Of a DNA stretch of 64,000 nt, positions 14,601-28,300 are shown piece by piece. Where the stretch lies: NCBI GenBank assembly GCA_964247055.1, contig OZ176050.1, positions 10,416,001 through 10,480,000 of the forward strand, read 5' to 3'. Position numbers and translations under genes: made by a program. Source of the DNA: Paragordius varius. Its lineage: Eukaryota; Animalia; Nematomorpha. The stretch's first letter is position 1. Each line of letters begins with the position of its first letter. Below the pieces are notes generated by a model that had not been told where the DNA came from, made no database searches, and worked only from the letters and a program-made list of their open reading frames with translations.

Positions 14601-15376
14601 TAAAAATTTTCTATTGTAATGTGAAACATAAAATTAAGGGATATACGATGTTTCCCGTCCAAACATATTAGTTTTTAACAAAAAAATGTGTTTTACAAAA
14701 GTCCCCATGTATGAGACGAACACAGAATATATAATTACCCAAAATACCAACCAAAAACTTCTCACTTTCCAAATACAGACAAATATTCAATTGTTCATTA
14801 AAATGTAAGTAGAGCTTTAGGCAGTATATAAATATTGCAATATAATATTTACAGTTTATATTAAAATATAATTACATCCATGCCTTCCATAAATTGATCA
14901 GGTAATCGAGGTCGATTATGCAATTCAGTAAGACTAGGTCTACCCTTAGTTTTAATCATGGAAAAAATATTTTTATAATGTTCAACATTTGGCAAAGTTT
15001 CATAGGTCTGAAGCCGTTTATAGTATGTGTGACCGTATTCAGTCTTATCGTTTGCACTTTTTTCTCCCTTCTCATTCAATAATTCTCTGGTAGTTGTTTC
15101 AATATCTTCCTCTTCTTCTTCTTCAGGAGATTCCTTAATAGAATCTCTTTTAAAAACGGAATTAATGTTAGATAATTCATAGTTATAAGGCGATATAGGA
15201 CAAGAAATTTTTTTGTGGCGAATATCAAGTGGTACATTTGTGGCTTGCTTGTTTATATATAAATCTGATGAATATAAATTAGGATGATGTGAAATTTCTG
15301 AAGAATCAACAGCTGCAACTTTGAATCGTGAGCCGGTTCGCTTTAAACCCTCTTCTTTATCAATATTACCAAGCAT
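28..15376 (-). CDS. SLC12A2: Na-K-2Cl cotransporter (NKCC/NCC clade of SLC12), 21 exons seen; 3' end lies left of the window
   Basis: Phase-consistent GT-AG exons: 14876-15376, 13033-13218, 10583-10658, 10329-10424, 8928-9067, 8453-8566, 8104-8215, 7454-7581, 6109-6262, 5299-5648, 5033-5140, 4495-4618, 4140-4241, 3916-4071, 3369-3468, 3198(or 3207)-3309, 2893-3027, 2685-2791, 2054-2256, 941-1300, 28-324. Motifs: RFKV (SPAK/OSR1 RFxV docking), [102 protein letters not shown]. Exact paralog (SLC12A1/2/3) is not resolvable by eye. Confidence 0.95.
1509..1545. repeat. (TA)n microsatellite in an NKCC intron
   Basis: Perfect TA dinucleotide run. Similar runs at about 11557-11628 (imperfect) and 56762-56813, and an (AC)n run at 46183-46204. 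Confidence 0.95.
6294..7415. mobile_element. Non-autonomous CACTA/CMC-superfamily DNA transposon (1122 bp) in NKCC intron 8
   Basis: 18-bp perfect terminal inverted repeats CACTAGACAACAAATTTT, 3-bp flanking duplication TTA (6291-6293 and 7416-7418), no transposase ORF. Confidence 0.8.
12769..12975. mobile_element. Tc1/mariner-type MITE (TA target duplication), near-complete hairpin
   Basis: TA|CAGTCATGTATCC ... GGATACATGACTG|TA. Inner arms AAATGGGTATAAATATTTG...AAGAATGGAAAAAACAAGAGCTC are mirrored by their reverse complement. Confidence 0.85.
13237..13531. mobile_element. MITE with CCATTT termini and about 20-bp subterminal tandem repeats (TTCAAATTCACCCTTGAACA-like)
   Basis: Left arm CCATTTACAATTCAAATTCACCC with three repeat units; right arm has three inverted units ending GAAATGTAAATGG|TA. 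Degenerate relatives at about 16900-17199 and 32796-33050. Confidence 0.75.
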
Positions 15377-17624
15377 GAATATCAAGTATCGATCATATAG
15401 ATATATCTATATATGAATATCATATGATAATTTTACCGTGAAGTTCGAAGAGAGTAAAATATAATATTTTATGTATGTGCATACTTGTCCTAGAAAATAA
15501 AATAAAAAATATCATTTAAAATTAATTTATGTGTATTTAATACACGGTAGACCAGATTAAAATATATAATCTATTCAAAAACAAGCCAAGTACATAGTCT
15601 ACTGACAGAAGAAAACCAATTTATCAGAAAAAAATGCATAAATATATTTAATTTAATAAGCTAACCTAGAGGCATTCCAGGATCAAACATATAAAACTGG
15701 AAGCGTGGTGGTTCCTGGACGGCTAGAACACCAAAGGATCTGGTTTCTAAAAATTCGAAAATAGAACCGATATTTGATTTATGGAACCGTGCTAATCCTC
15801 ACAAAAATCCGCCATGTGTTTCGGTTTGAAGCCTTTCTTACATAATATTTTGTAAATATATGTTATATGGCCCATTTTACAGTGCAAGAATTGTCCTGAT
15901 ATATATATTCTAGGAAAATCTATCGGAAGGTGCTTTTGATTTTGTACATTTGATTGATATAAGGTTATTTATATTTTTGGGGTTGGGTTCTTCACGGCAG
16001 AAAATTTTGAGCACATTTTTTATTTAGTGAAAGCTAAAAAAGTATTACTAAAATCATAATTACTTATAAAAGCAAAACAAAATTTTTAAAAATTTAATAT
16101 TTAGATGGGGGTCCCAAATTTTTTGCCCTATTAAAATGGGCTAGTTCTCTTGAGCAAACGCAAAAATGGCGAGATCGCGCGATTAAAATGCCAAGTATAT
16201 GCTGAATTTTTTCATCAAAGAAGTTTTAACTGAAAAAATGGATTTGCAAAAATATTCAATTTATAACAATATTTTGGTAAAACGAGTATCGTATTTCGAA
16301 GGTTAGTGGAAACGGTAACAAATTTGAATGACTTATGATTTTACGCTTATCAGAATAGTTAAGTAAATAATTTAATTTACAGTATGAGTAAATATACATT
16401 CTAGTATTTCATCAATTATTCCCAGATAGCATATAAAGCAAAGGGCAACGTTACTGGATTATTTCGCTAATTGATATAAGCCAATATGATGCTTTTTGCT
16501 GTATATGATATCTGCCAATATTTTATAAGCTAGCTAATTTATTTATATTTTTAACGCATAAAAACGAAATAAAGGCTTCGTATTTTTTTCATAATTGTGA
16601 AATATATAGTAAGAACTGTAACCATACCTCTCTATTTTTTATTCTGAGACCCAAAACAATGGGTTATATTTAAAGATTCATGATTTATTAAAAAAATATT
16701 TATCTTTTGATTTTTACGCTTTATCTTTAAAATTTTGATATTTACAATATCGCTTATGAATACAAAAATTTATGGCAGTCTATCCAAAACAAATATGCTT
16801 AAATTAATTATGTAAAATTAAAATGCCTGTTCTTTTTTTTATTCAAAATAATTAATAAAATGAAAATAAATGGTTATTGATTAATTTTTATTTCATTATT
16901 AATAATATCCTCAAAATTACCCTTGAAAATAAATTCCCTCTCAAACATTTAATCATCCTAAAAAAATAAAACATATGTTTTTGACTAATTTAAATCAATA
17001 TTGATATGAAATATATTTTTATCACATAGTTTTTCATTATTATTTAAAAGTATCATTTTAAACCAAATTTTGATTTTCGTTTAAAGTTGTAAAGGGTATA
17101 AGTAATTTTTATTTTTAAAAACATATAATTGCTTTTAAGGGTATGCAATGTTCAAGGGTGAACTTAAAATGTTGAAGGGCGAATATAGAGTGTAAATGGT
17201 ATATATTTATAATATTAAGTAAAGAGATGTATTTAAAAGTTTTGAATAGGTATTTTTTATAACCGGTAAAACCAATCCTTCATGACTAGTCCGACGAATA
17301 ACTAAAAAATATTTAGCTAACTTAATCTATACTGTCAAAATTTACTAAATCGAAAATAAACAAAATAATCACCTAATTTTAGAGGTTTGTAGTGGGGGCA
17401 AAACTGGTTTGTAATGAAACCTCCGATTTTCATCTATAATTTGCGATAATTTTATGACAACTTTTAAAACCATATATATTTTTTGGTGTTTTTCTTTCTA
17501 TCATTTGCTCCAATAGGACTAAGCTAATTTGTTTTTTTTAAAGAATTTTAACTTTCTAATTATTTTTATATAAATAGAAATAGGATCCATATTTTTTAAT
17601 CCACTCTCAAAACAAAGTAGTTTA

Positions 17625-17802
17625 CAGTATGAGTAAGTATATATTGCTAGAAAGTTATTAATTATTGCATAATAGCACATGCAGCAAGAATTATTATTGG
17701 CTAATAATAGTAAAAAGTATAGGTCAATAATACTGCCCTTTGTTGTATTTTACTATTTGGCAATAATTAATAATAATTAGCAATGTATACTTATTCATAC
17801 TG
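17625..17802. mobile_element. About 180-bp MITE family (TIR CAGTATGAGTAAGTATA)
   Basis: TA|CAGTATGAGTAAGTATA ... TATACTTATTCATACTG inverted termini. Related copies sharing CCAGATAGCA and similar ends at about 16381-16620, 22874-23055 and 24392-24555. Confidence 0.65.
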
Positions 17803-18551
17803 TCTAAATTTGATGTCTAAAAGCGTTTCATTACATATAGTAACGAGCGCTGTTATTAATTGTTTCGGTATTTTAAATGGAAAAAGCATTAACATGTCTG
17901 TTGTATGTATTACCATGGTATTTTTCTATCCTCAGTTTAAATATGTAACTTAGAAAAAATCATACATACCAACAGAAATGTAAAATAAATATCTGAAAAC
18001 CAATAATAGCTCTTGTTACTGTATTTTACTTTTAATTGGACTCGGGATATATATTTTTTATAAAATAAAAGTAAATTTTTGTAAATATGTGTAAAAATTG
18101 AATTTTTAGATTTAATTTTTGGAAGCCGCCTAAGGATTAACATTAATTTTAAAGTAGCGTTGATAAGTTTATAGACGCTGTTTTTTTTAATAGGACTGCG
18201 TTAATTGATTTTTTTCAAAAGTTAATTGGTAAAACGTATTTATAATATTCAAATTATAAAGGTACTAGTTTTAAATTTAAATGTTTGTTCAATTAACTCT
18301 TTTCAAAACTATATAAAGCAGACACTGTTATCTAAAAAGATATATCCTAAAAATTCTGTTCTTCCGACTTTTTTCTACCAAACAACATATTTTGAGATAA
18401 ATACACTTATTTGAAAATAAAATCAGACTTTATTTTGCCATAAAACATTTTTTGAGATATACATTAACTAAAAAACGTTCATATATTACAATCAAAAAAC
18501 CCTAAATATATTCGCCATCTCAGGTATTCCTACACAGCTGCACACGTCTTG

Positions 18552-21500
18552 ATGGGTCTTAGGCTTTCGCTTTTTTACAATTCAACAGTAATCGCTCTAA
18601 TCATATGTTGCGTGAGAGCCAATCGATTAGAGAAGCGTCAAGATAATTACGGTAAATATATTAATAATAAAGACAAAACGTAAAAATTAAAGTCTTGTTT
18701 TGGATTTGGCATAATAAGAAATAGAGATGCACATTGGTAATACAGTTAACTATTTATGCTTGTAATCACAAAGGCTATACAGAATTAAAAAGTATCCTCT
18801 GTATTAATTTAAATAACTAATTCATCTATTACTTTTTTTCTCTTATTTTAGATTCTCCTCCTGGAACAACAGCTGATGATGCAAATGTAGAGACAACAAC
18901 TGTTGAAAGAATTTCATTTCCACCAGCAACGCCATATAATCCGCCCCCTACCCCGCGTGGCGAAAGCCGGTACGTTGCGCCCTCCTTACGTTTCTATGAT
19001 CAATTTGAAGTGAGACGCGTTCCTTTCGTGGGTTCACTGTTCAAGGATTTCTTTGGCGATTTCAATGACGTAACCATTTATGATTGGTTACCTGGGTAAT
19101 ACCTTATAGAATAAAATTAATTTTTTAATTAATTTTTTGGAGTCTTATAATTCAAAAATTTAAAAGGACAAGATGGGGTTCTATATTATTTTTATTATGC
19201 CATTTATAAGCCTTCCGTCTTAACTTCTAATATTTAGTTTTAATTTAAGGAGATATTTAAACTTTTAATTTTACTTCTGTAGCTTTTAAACGAACTATAA
19301 CTTTTTATTACTCAAACATATACTTAAAAACGACTTTAAATCAATGATATATAATTTTTTAACCACAATGCAAATAGTTTCCAAACATTTTCGCCTGATA
19401 TATTAAAAGCTCTATGAAGATATTATAATTCAATTAAATTACCTTTATAATTTAAACAATGAAGAATTATCCAAATCTGCTGTATTGATTTATATCCAAA
19501 TCTGTTTTAGAGGTATCCCTTCGTTTTGTGGTGATCGATGGTGTCCACCCTTTAAGGTTGTGTGTTCCAACGAATTTTATGAAGTTCGTCAATACGTTAA
19601 TATAACATTGGTGACGGCAACAATCGATGCTTCAGATTATAAGGCCAGAGGAGCCACAGCTGGTTATGATGAGATTTATGCTTACTTCAAGGGTGACAAT
19701 AAGGAATGTAAGTTGGTTTTTGCGTGTGTGTAATAAAAGATTTTTGTTTATAATGAATGTATCGTTTAAATTTTAAAGATTTCTTTATTTTGTTTTGCTT
19801 AAATTTGCTTTAGAATATGAAAAGATAAAAACGATGTCTCGAAACATATTTGTACTTCTGCAGAATATTTCTGAAAAGTAACTATGTAAAATTGTTGGAT
19901 TTATACGAAATTTTGAAATAAATTTTTTCGGTATAATCTTAGCCGGAATATAACAGCTCTTTCATCGTTTAAATTTTTTTATAAATAGTCTATAATTGAT
20001 CAAAATTGTTAAGCAACTAATGTATGCTTATATTAACTCATTTTTTAAGTTAAAACAAACATTTTTAATAATATATAAATTGAAAAAAAATATTAAAGAT
20101 GCTGTTGGAAATTAGTCGAACACCCAATGTTTTTAGCCAACACTTTTCCTCGCCATATCACCTTTGAAAAATATCAGAATATCTTGTTCTTTAAAAATAA
20201 GAAACGTGCAAACTCTTCATAAAAATGAATGAATGATATGAGATTAAACATTCAAACTTTTTTCTTTTTAGATATCAAATTACCGTTAACTTTTCCCGTG
20301 GGAGTTAGCGGTCCTTTGATCGAAGCCTCTTCCGATGAAGACTTTTTGTATAATCTTGTAAAGGGCGGCCCAGTACCCAGTGTTAATTTACCCATTGGAC
20401 CACCTTATGATACATATCCACCTACACCTCTATCTCCTAAGGTAGTTTTAAATTGAATTTTTTTCGGTTACCTTATACATATGGGCTAAAATATTTTATA
20501 TTTCAAATATGGTAAAAATATCTATAAATTTTGACATTTTTATTGTTGACAAACTTCTAGTTTTATGTGAATCTAAAAATTTGATTTTTAAAAATCGCTT
20601 TAACAATCTTGGATGTTTGTTATCCAATACTAAAAATATTTAAGCGACTGGCACTGAACGATAATTTCATTTAATGTGGAAAGATTTAAAAATATAAATT
20701 GTTAAAATTTATTATAGTGCTTGTTCTTTAAAAATATTGATATATATTAATAAAGCATTATTTACTCAAACTATAAAATACGGATTGCGAAAAAAATTTC
20801 CATAATTTCGATTAATTAATTTGTAATTTATTAAAAGAAATATTTCTTTAGCTGAAAATTAGTTATATCAAAGGACCGCTCGTCTATGTCAATATGTTTG
20901 GCGGTGAAGCTTTTTCCAGCATTATCGATAACAAAGCTGAAACATTTTTCAAAATTTTACGGTTGAAAAAACAGAAAACAAATGGGGTCTACGAATACAA
21001 ACAATATTATGAGTAATTAATATACATTCGTATTGAAAAATTGATTTTAGTAGTTAAGTTCTATATTTTTTTATTTAACAGGCAATTTCAGTTTTAAAAA
21101 ATTAATTTACGTATAAAAAAATTAATAAATTTATTACAACTTTTTAACCTTATTAAGCTTTTATGATAATTTTTATATAATTTTAAGGCTGTGTCAAGGT
21201 TTTTCAAAAAAGCGGGTTTGCATTTTTATTGTGGGGAGTATTCCGGAAATTAAATATCAATACTCTAAAACAGGGGTGGCCAACGATATTTTTCAGATAT
21301 CAAATATAAATTTTATAATTGCTATTTACAAAATCGTAATATTTATGATTATTAAACAAATTTTCTGAATAAGTCCTACCAAATTTTGGCAATGAACTAG
21401 AAATTGTTAAATTAAGTAATTTATTTACAGTCTTATATTTGAAATTTTATAAAATATTAATATATACCGATATATTTTTCAAATGCGACCCGCGAAACCA

Positions 21501-21833
21501 TTTGTGTTGGACACCCCTTGATCTAAAGTGTAAACGAAGATAGCCAAATTTATTTATCTTTAAGTATTTCCATGTATATTATATGAATACACTCTTAACC
21601 ATTTTTCTCTATAATTTCTTGATTAATAACCCAGAATAGATCAAAAATATTATTCCATTACCTTTGATTTTTATAGGGATGTTCACATATATTTCATTGC
21701 ATTTTTCATATTTTACAGTAAATATGCCGACGGAGAGTTGCACAATGAAATCCATGTACCTGTTTTGGGAGTGGAACAACCCAAATATGAAAAAGGATAC
21801 AAGAAGCATCATTATAAACCATATTATTGTTAA
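18552..21833 (+). CDS. Secreted SOUL/heme-binding-protein family member, about 329 aa, 6 exons
   Basis: Exons 18552-18651, 18852-19095, 19511-19707, 20272-20441, 20852-21012, 21719-21833, all phases consistent. Signal-like MGLRLSLFYNSTVIALIICCVRA then EKR|Q. SOUL-type motifs PSFCGDRWCPPFKVV, YEVRQY, GYDEIYAYFKGDN, IKLPLTFPV, VYVNMFGG, LHNEI. Confidence 0.85.
21271..21520. mobile_element. hAT-type MITE in SOUL intron 5
   Basis: Ends CAGGGGTGGCCAAC / GTTGGACACCCCTTG; degenerate 8-bp target duplication CTCTAAAA / ATCTAAAG. A related end lies at 63345 (CAGAGTTGTCCAACACAAATGGCTTCGCGGGTCGCATT). Confidence 0.75.
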
Positions 21834-22499
21834 AATGCATTGATGAAAAATACATTTTACAGTGGCGACATCATAGAGATTTATTTATAATAAAAAATCA
21901 AATTTTTTTTCTATGCCTTTCTCCTATATGTTAATGTTTATACTTTATATTTTAGCGCTTTTGTATATGACGTACGCCTTTGTAATACATCTATTTAGCC
22001 TATTTTTCAGTAAAAAATTCCACATATTACAAATTTACCTTTTGTTTATATAGTATCCCATTTTTCTTTGAAATTTACATTTACCAAGTTTGTGCAATAA
22101 TTTTATTTTCGTTATTATTTACGCAAATAATGGTTAATAAATTAAATTGCATTATTACATTTTTTAGATATGTTTGCTTTGTATTGTGATAGGTAATTAT
22201 CAACTCTTTCTTATATTTACAAGGATATTTCATTGATTTATTATGAGTGGAAAAGATAGGATTAACGAGCTCTAAGTCCAAATAAATTATCAATTTTATC
22301 CCCATAAATGAATAGATTTGAATAGCTATAGATTTTTTATGTGTTTGCTTCAAGTGTTTTACGTCCGAGTTTGGGACTATAGATGTTACACTTCATTATA
22401 TTTTATTTTTTTACGCGATGACATTTTGGGCTAGTGTTCTCCATATATATATAATGATATTATATAATGTATCACGATTGTCATGATGCTTTTATGGGC

Positions 22500-24390
22500 C
22501 TTTTAATGTAATTAGGTTATTACAAACTTTGTGTCGTTAGAGTTATCACAAACGGGCGGTACTAAAGAACAAACAATAAGACTTTTGTCATTACATATCC
22601 TAAAAGTTCAATGGTGTTGAATATCACCGTTCTTACATTCAGATTTAAAGGTTGTGCGACGATTCCAGAAGAAGACATAATCAAATGAACCATGGCAATC
22701 TCATCGATCAAGGGAAACTATTGTTGGCATTTTTATCTAGGCGTTGGTATAATACCGTTTGGCATATAATGGGATGTTTTTGGAATATATTACCACCATT
22801 AATATAACATGAAGTACCAAAAGGTGATGCCATTTGTGAATTAATCAAGGTAAAAATTGGTACCTGTACTAGACAGTACAGGTATACAATGCTAGTTTTT
22901 CATTAAATATTGCCAGATAGCACATATACATAAAAGACCATTTATTGGTAAGAATAGTAAAAAGTGAGGAATCTATGGGCTATTATATTGCCTTTGCATA
23001 ATATTCTATATATTAATAATAATTGAAAAACTAGAAATGTATATTTACTATTATTGTGCAATACTAATATATTCTAAACTAGCGTAAATCTCGTGCTGCT
23101 ACGCAGCCCGAGGAAGTCCTTCGGACTTCTGGGGAGGGCTATCGGAAAAACGGGACAATAAAATTATCCACATATGTGGATTATTTCGAAACATTATTTA
23201 ATAGATATGATTTTATAGGAATTTTAAAACGGAGCATTCATACTAATATATTTAATTGGGGGAAAAATAGATTTAAAAAATTATTTTTGTGGACTTTTTT
23301 TTAAAAATGGCATTTTACGGGGAGAGCGGGTAAATAGAGGGACTAAATCAAAAAAACGAGACGACTATGTTCGGCGCAATCGAAAAAACGAAAATCATAT
23401 TTGAAATTGAATGATCCAACACGTTCCCCAGAAAAATGTCTCAAAGACACGATTTTTGTGGACTTCTGTTTTCAAAAAAAACCGTTTTTCACACGGGGTG
23501 GGCCCGAACTGGGGGCCTATTTCAAAAAACGGGCGAAGCTATTGTCGGCATTCATTGATTATATTTTTTGGAAGTTGGATTTGAATGGGTCAACCGGTTT
23601 TCCGATACCAGATCACAAAGCCAGCATTTTCCATATTTATAAATATATAGATTAAAAGGATTGTATAATAGGTTGGGTGCCGGACTCTTCCATTATATGC
23701 CAGAGCTCCCGAAACTAATCAAATTTTTCATAGCTGTATCCCTGACAGACGAGTGTTAAAACCTTTATAAGTCCGGATATTGTTTAAGTCCTTACCCTTT
23801 AATAAAAAGAGGGAAAAAAGACACTCTAAACTGTATATTATTAACGTTGCAAAATTGGGAGACTTTTACAATAATAGTTAAAGGTTAAATCGCTTGTTAA
23901 GGCATTTATATAGCAATTTATTTTTTTGATAAATTCTTGCGGGGTTAGAAGATCAGTAGATTTGTGCAACATTATTTATGTTTATGTAAACAAATCCACT
24001 ATATAGCAATCTGGTTCATCACCCAATATTAACCTTTATACATTAATGATTGAGATATTTCTTTTGGAATTAAAAAAAATTTCTTAACAGAGTTGCTGAT
24101 GGTTTTATATTTACTAATATTTGAACATAATATCAAACAATGTCTTTTAAATTTACAAATTCAATTATCAAGTATAGACAAAATACAGTACCCATTAAAT
24201 TGTATCGGTACAGTAGCGTTTAATATATATAAATTTTGTTTAATATTTGAATAAACAAATTTTATGTTATAAGATAGGGAAAAATTGATTAATTTCACCA
24301 ATTTGTTGTTTTTTATCCATACACTAATGTATTGCCATTCGACCAAAAATAACGTGAATGGCCAACAATAAAGTGGGTACAGTATATACA
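22500..24390 (-). pseudogene. Decayed coding-like sequence fragmented by two MITEs and a Helitron; unassigned
   Basis: Protein-like stretches with in-frame stops on the minus strand (e.g. PLYCWPFTLFLVEWQYISVWIKNN..., ILGDEPDCYIVDLFT*, SLDR*DCHGSFDYVFFWNRR...). No family recognised. Confidence 0.3.
23079..23651 (-). mobile_element. Non-autonomous Helitron, copy 1
   Basis: 5' A|TCTATATATTTATA and 3' CTAG|T, preceded by the GC-rich hairpins GAAGTCC-GAA-GGACTTC and CTCGGGCTGC-GTA-GCAGCACGAG. No target duplication. Similarity to 47486-48008 ends exactly at these termini. Confidence 0.85.
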
Positions 24391-25329
24391 GTATAAGTTG
24401 AGTATAATCCAGTTTATAAATTTTTGCCAGATAGCATAAAAAACAATGGGAAATATTACATTTGTTTATTGATATTACTATTAGCCAATAATTCATCTCT
24501 TTGCGCTATCTAGCTGACAATATTTAATAAAAACTAGTAGTGTATATTTACTCATAAAACATTTTAATAAACATTTATCTCAAAATTTTTAACAAGTAAC
24601 AATGGCTTCAACCAATATATCAAGTTCAAAGTTTAGAAAAATCAAAATGTTTTGAGAAGTTTAGCAAATACATTATTTATGCTGGTTGATTCACATTATT
24701 GTTGGTCAAATTGTAATACAATTACATGTGTTATAAAATTTTGTTCGTAATTAAACCAAAGTATTGGAAGATTAGAAAAAATTGTTCAAATACACATTTT
24801 GTTGTTTTCCAATCCGAAAATAATGTTAATAAGCCAGCATAAATATGCATAATGTAATGGCATGAGAAAAAATGCATTTAAAATTGTCAATCAAATAAAA
24901 AAATGAATTCTTTTTTCTCAAAAGTATTCAAATGGATAAACTTTCGTTCAAAAAAACTTTCAGCAGAATGAATAACACTCTTTTTAATTCCAGTACACTA
25001 TATACACGAGTAAGTGTACATTGCTAGTTATTCATAAATTATTCCAAGAGGGCATATCAAACAAAGGGAATATCATTGGGCTATAGTTATTTTTTTCGCT
25101 TTTTCCTGGTATTAATCAATAATAATTCTCTCATGTATATTTACTCATTAATCATTTTGGTCAACATAATATCAAAAATTTTCTTACATATAAGAGTAAG
25201 TTTGAAATACCAAGCTTGAAAGTTGAAAAATAAAATCAAAACGTTTTATATATAAATTTTTGATTAAAACCAAGAAAAAAATAAAACATGTAATTTATAA
25301 ATAATTTCTTTTTAAATCCACACACCACA

Positions 25330-28300
25330 ATGGAAACTATTGACAAAGATATGAAAAATAATGATCCAAATATGCGTGTTATAATACACGACAAATCATT
25401 TATTTATATAAGTGATCTTGATGGAAATGTCGATACCAGCTTTATCATCAAGGATAATTGGCGTTTTGAATCATATATAATTAGTGGTCCCATTATTTGT
25501 TTGATTTTATATATCATTATATTTAGATGGTTATATATCGAACAATATTCGTGCCATTAATTGTTTAACTAAAAGTATTGAAAAAAATACAGAAGGATCA
25601 TTGCTTGATGCTGTGTACCAAAACAAAAAACATTATATTTTAGGGTACCGAAGTAATAAATATTTTTACATTTATGAAGATGATTTAGTAGAAGTAAATT
25701 ATAATTGTAATTAATTAGTATTCTTCACTTTTTACCATTGGTAAAATATGTTCCTGGGATACAGATTATCTTTTTCTTGCCAATCCTTCAGAGTTTAAAA
25801 TCTTATATCATCCAGCAAAAAATTATGTTTACTCATTAGTTTTAAATTCAATAACTATGATTATATGCAACAACACACATGTATTTGGGTTATTAAGGAC
25901 AGATAAATTGCATCTATACACGATAAATAATTTTAAACCTAAGGGTTTTGTGGCTGAAGATATGAAATTTAGTCAATACATATTTTCCAATAACAATACG
26001 AATTTACTTCTTTGTTTGCTACCAAACACTCTCAAGATATATGATATTCTGCTCAAAAAGTAGTTCATATAATTTAATCATTTAAAAACTGATTGGCTTG
26101 TTGTTTAAATACCCTGTCTAAGCCAATCCCAATGTAACATTTTACCATAACAAATGATGGGCTTTAAGTATCATCTTTTATAGAATATTTAACTTTCACC
26201 TTTATATATGACGGATACATGTTGGGGTATATTTGATACAGAGTTACGTAAAAAAATTGTAAAAGTTGGTTTTTCTAATTTTAGATTATTAGATAAAACG
26301 TTTAAGCGCATGGAGATAGATTAATATATATTAGATACCGAATTGTTTTTTCAACAACCACTTAATTTAATATAGTACCTATTTAGTTTGACTAAATGAT
26401 GCCGTAGTCGTGTTTAAATGAACAAAAGTTCATTTTTGTTTGCATCTGATTTTAAAACATAAAAAGTCTTATAAAATGAAAAGAGCTTGTGGTAAATTTG
26501 AATTCCACACCCTTAACGGAAAATAATGGTGTTTTATAATATAAACAATAGATATATCTCCTGCATATACATTACATAGATAATATTTTAAATTTGCCAA
26601 AATAAATTTTTTTATGATTTTTACTATTACAATAAAATAAAATATTAATTGCAAATTTAGATTAGTTTGCGATTTTGTATTTTTTGCGGGCCGCACAAAG
26701 TGTTACGGAACACCGCATGTTGGATCATATTTATAGTAAGCATTCACACCCAAATCCAATTTAAATGAACAGGTGAAAAAAATAATTTTGAAAAGTGTTG
26801 GAAAAATGTAATCAAAGAGTTGTTAATTATATTTTTAAGCAAATATATTTTATTTTTATATGCCTGTTTTTAGTGGTATAACAAATCCAAAAAATATTCG
26901 GTAATAAGTCTGAGATGATATGATTTTTAACTTTACATTTAATATTTCTAATTAATCAAAGGCACTACATTGTACATTCAATTTAGCCTAATATCGTGAT
27001 AATTTTTAAGTTTTTTAATCTGAATATACTATGTATAATTATATTCTTTTTTTCGGTTTGTGTATCCGTTTTTCAAAATGTAGGCTTGTTATGCAACATA
27101 AAAATAAACAGTGTCTTCCTGGTGATATATATATTTTTTGAAAAAATAATGATCAAAATTTACATTGTGCTTTTATTTCGGTGTTTTATGCAATTTAATA
27201 AGTTATTTATATGGTTATTAGTCGATATAAAAAAATCCCAAAATAGTGTAAATTAAATTGTTAAATTAACTTTTTGGTAGAAGGTAAAAAGTTTAAACCA
27301 AATGTCAATATTTAGTAAGCGAAACACCATTTGTATAAAATTTTGATTACAATACATGGGCTCGTAAGTCTGACTCATTTTGAACACCCCTGAAATGGAT
27401 TTTATTTTATATAAACCCAAAGTATTCTATATTTATATATATATGCTAGATTATTATATTTAAATAATTAAATTTAAAAAGCATATTCGGTTTTTATAAC
27501 AAAAAATAATTAAACTTGTTAAAGCAGAATTTAAAAATACAACTTAATAAACATTTTATTTAAAATTTGATGTGGCTGAACATTTTATCACCACAGATAT
27601 TTTATTAAAAAATTAGTAGCCTCTTTTGTCAAAACAACTCTTTTTAATTGAATTATGAAGTCAAAAAAAACATTTAATAAATTCTGAGAAATATTGATAA
27701 ACTGTTTTTATCCCGTTTCTAGCATGCTTTATATAAAATACTTTATATAAATTTTGCGACTTTTTTGTTTAGTATGCAAAGTATGCCTTTTATAAAAATG
27801 ATTCATAAATCATATACTCTGAGTATTAATCGCGCAAGTATTTATGAAACTTGGTTAAAACGCTTAAGCGTTAAAAAAGGTGTTTATGCGCTGTTCGTGA
27901 TTTTTCGATATAAAGCAAGTACCATATAAACATTTTTTCTAAATGACTCGTAAGTCCCAAAACCAAGACCAACAGTAATATAACCGATCAAATATATGTT
28001 TATCAAATTATTTTGATTTTGAGTATTGTGAAATTTCAAATATAAACTAATATAATTTCTAATATCAATAGATTCGTTAGCGCTTATGAGACAAAGGATG
28101 TTATGCTAGATATATTTGTTCCAACTTCTGGAAACTCAATTTTTATAAATGTCGAAGAACAATCTGATACAGTGATGCCCTACCGATTTCATATTTTACG
28201 TTTTGATTCAACTTTAATGGGCGAATTGGTCCCTTTACAAATAATTTTTAATGAGTTTAAGCCCCGTCTAAAACATATGTTATATGGTAAACACATGCTC

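Noticed and set aside
22520-22730. In-frame TGA codons in a Cys-rich frame read as selenocysteine or Trp (alternative code)
   Set aside because: TAG and TAA stops occur nearby in the same frame, no SECIS is evident, and TGA is the normal stop of MRPS14 and the FAM43-like gene.
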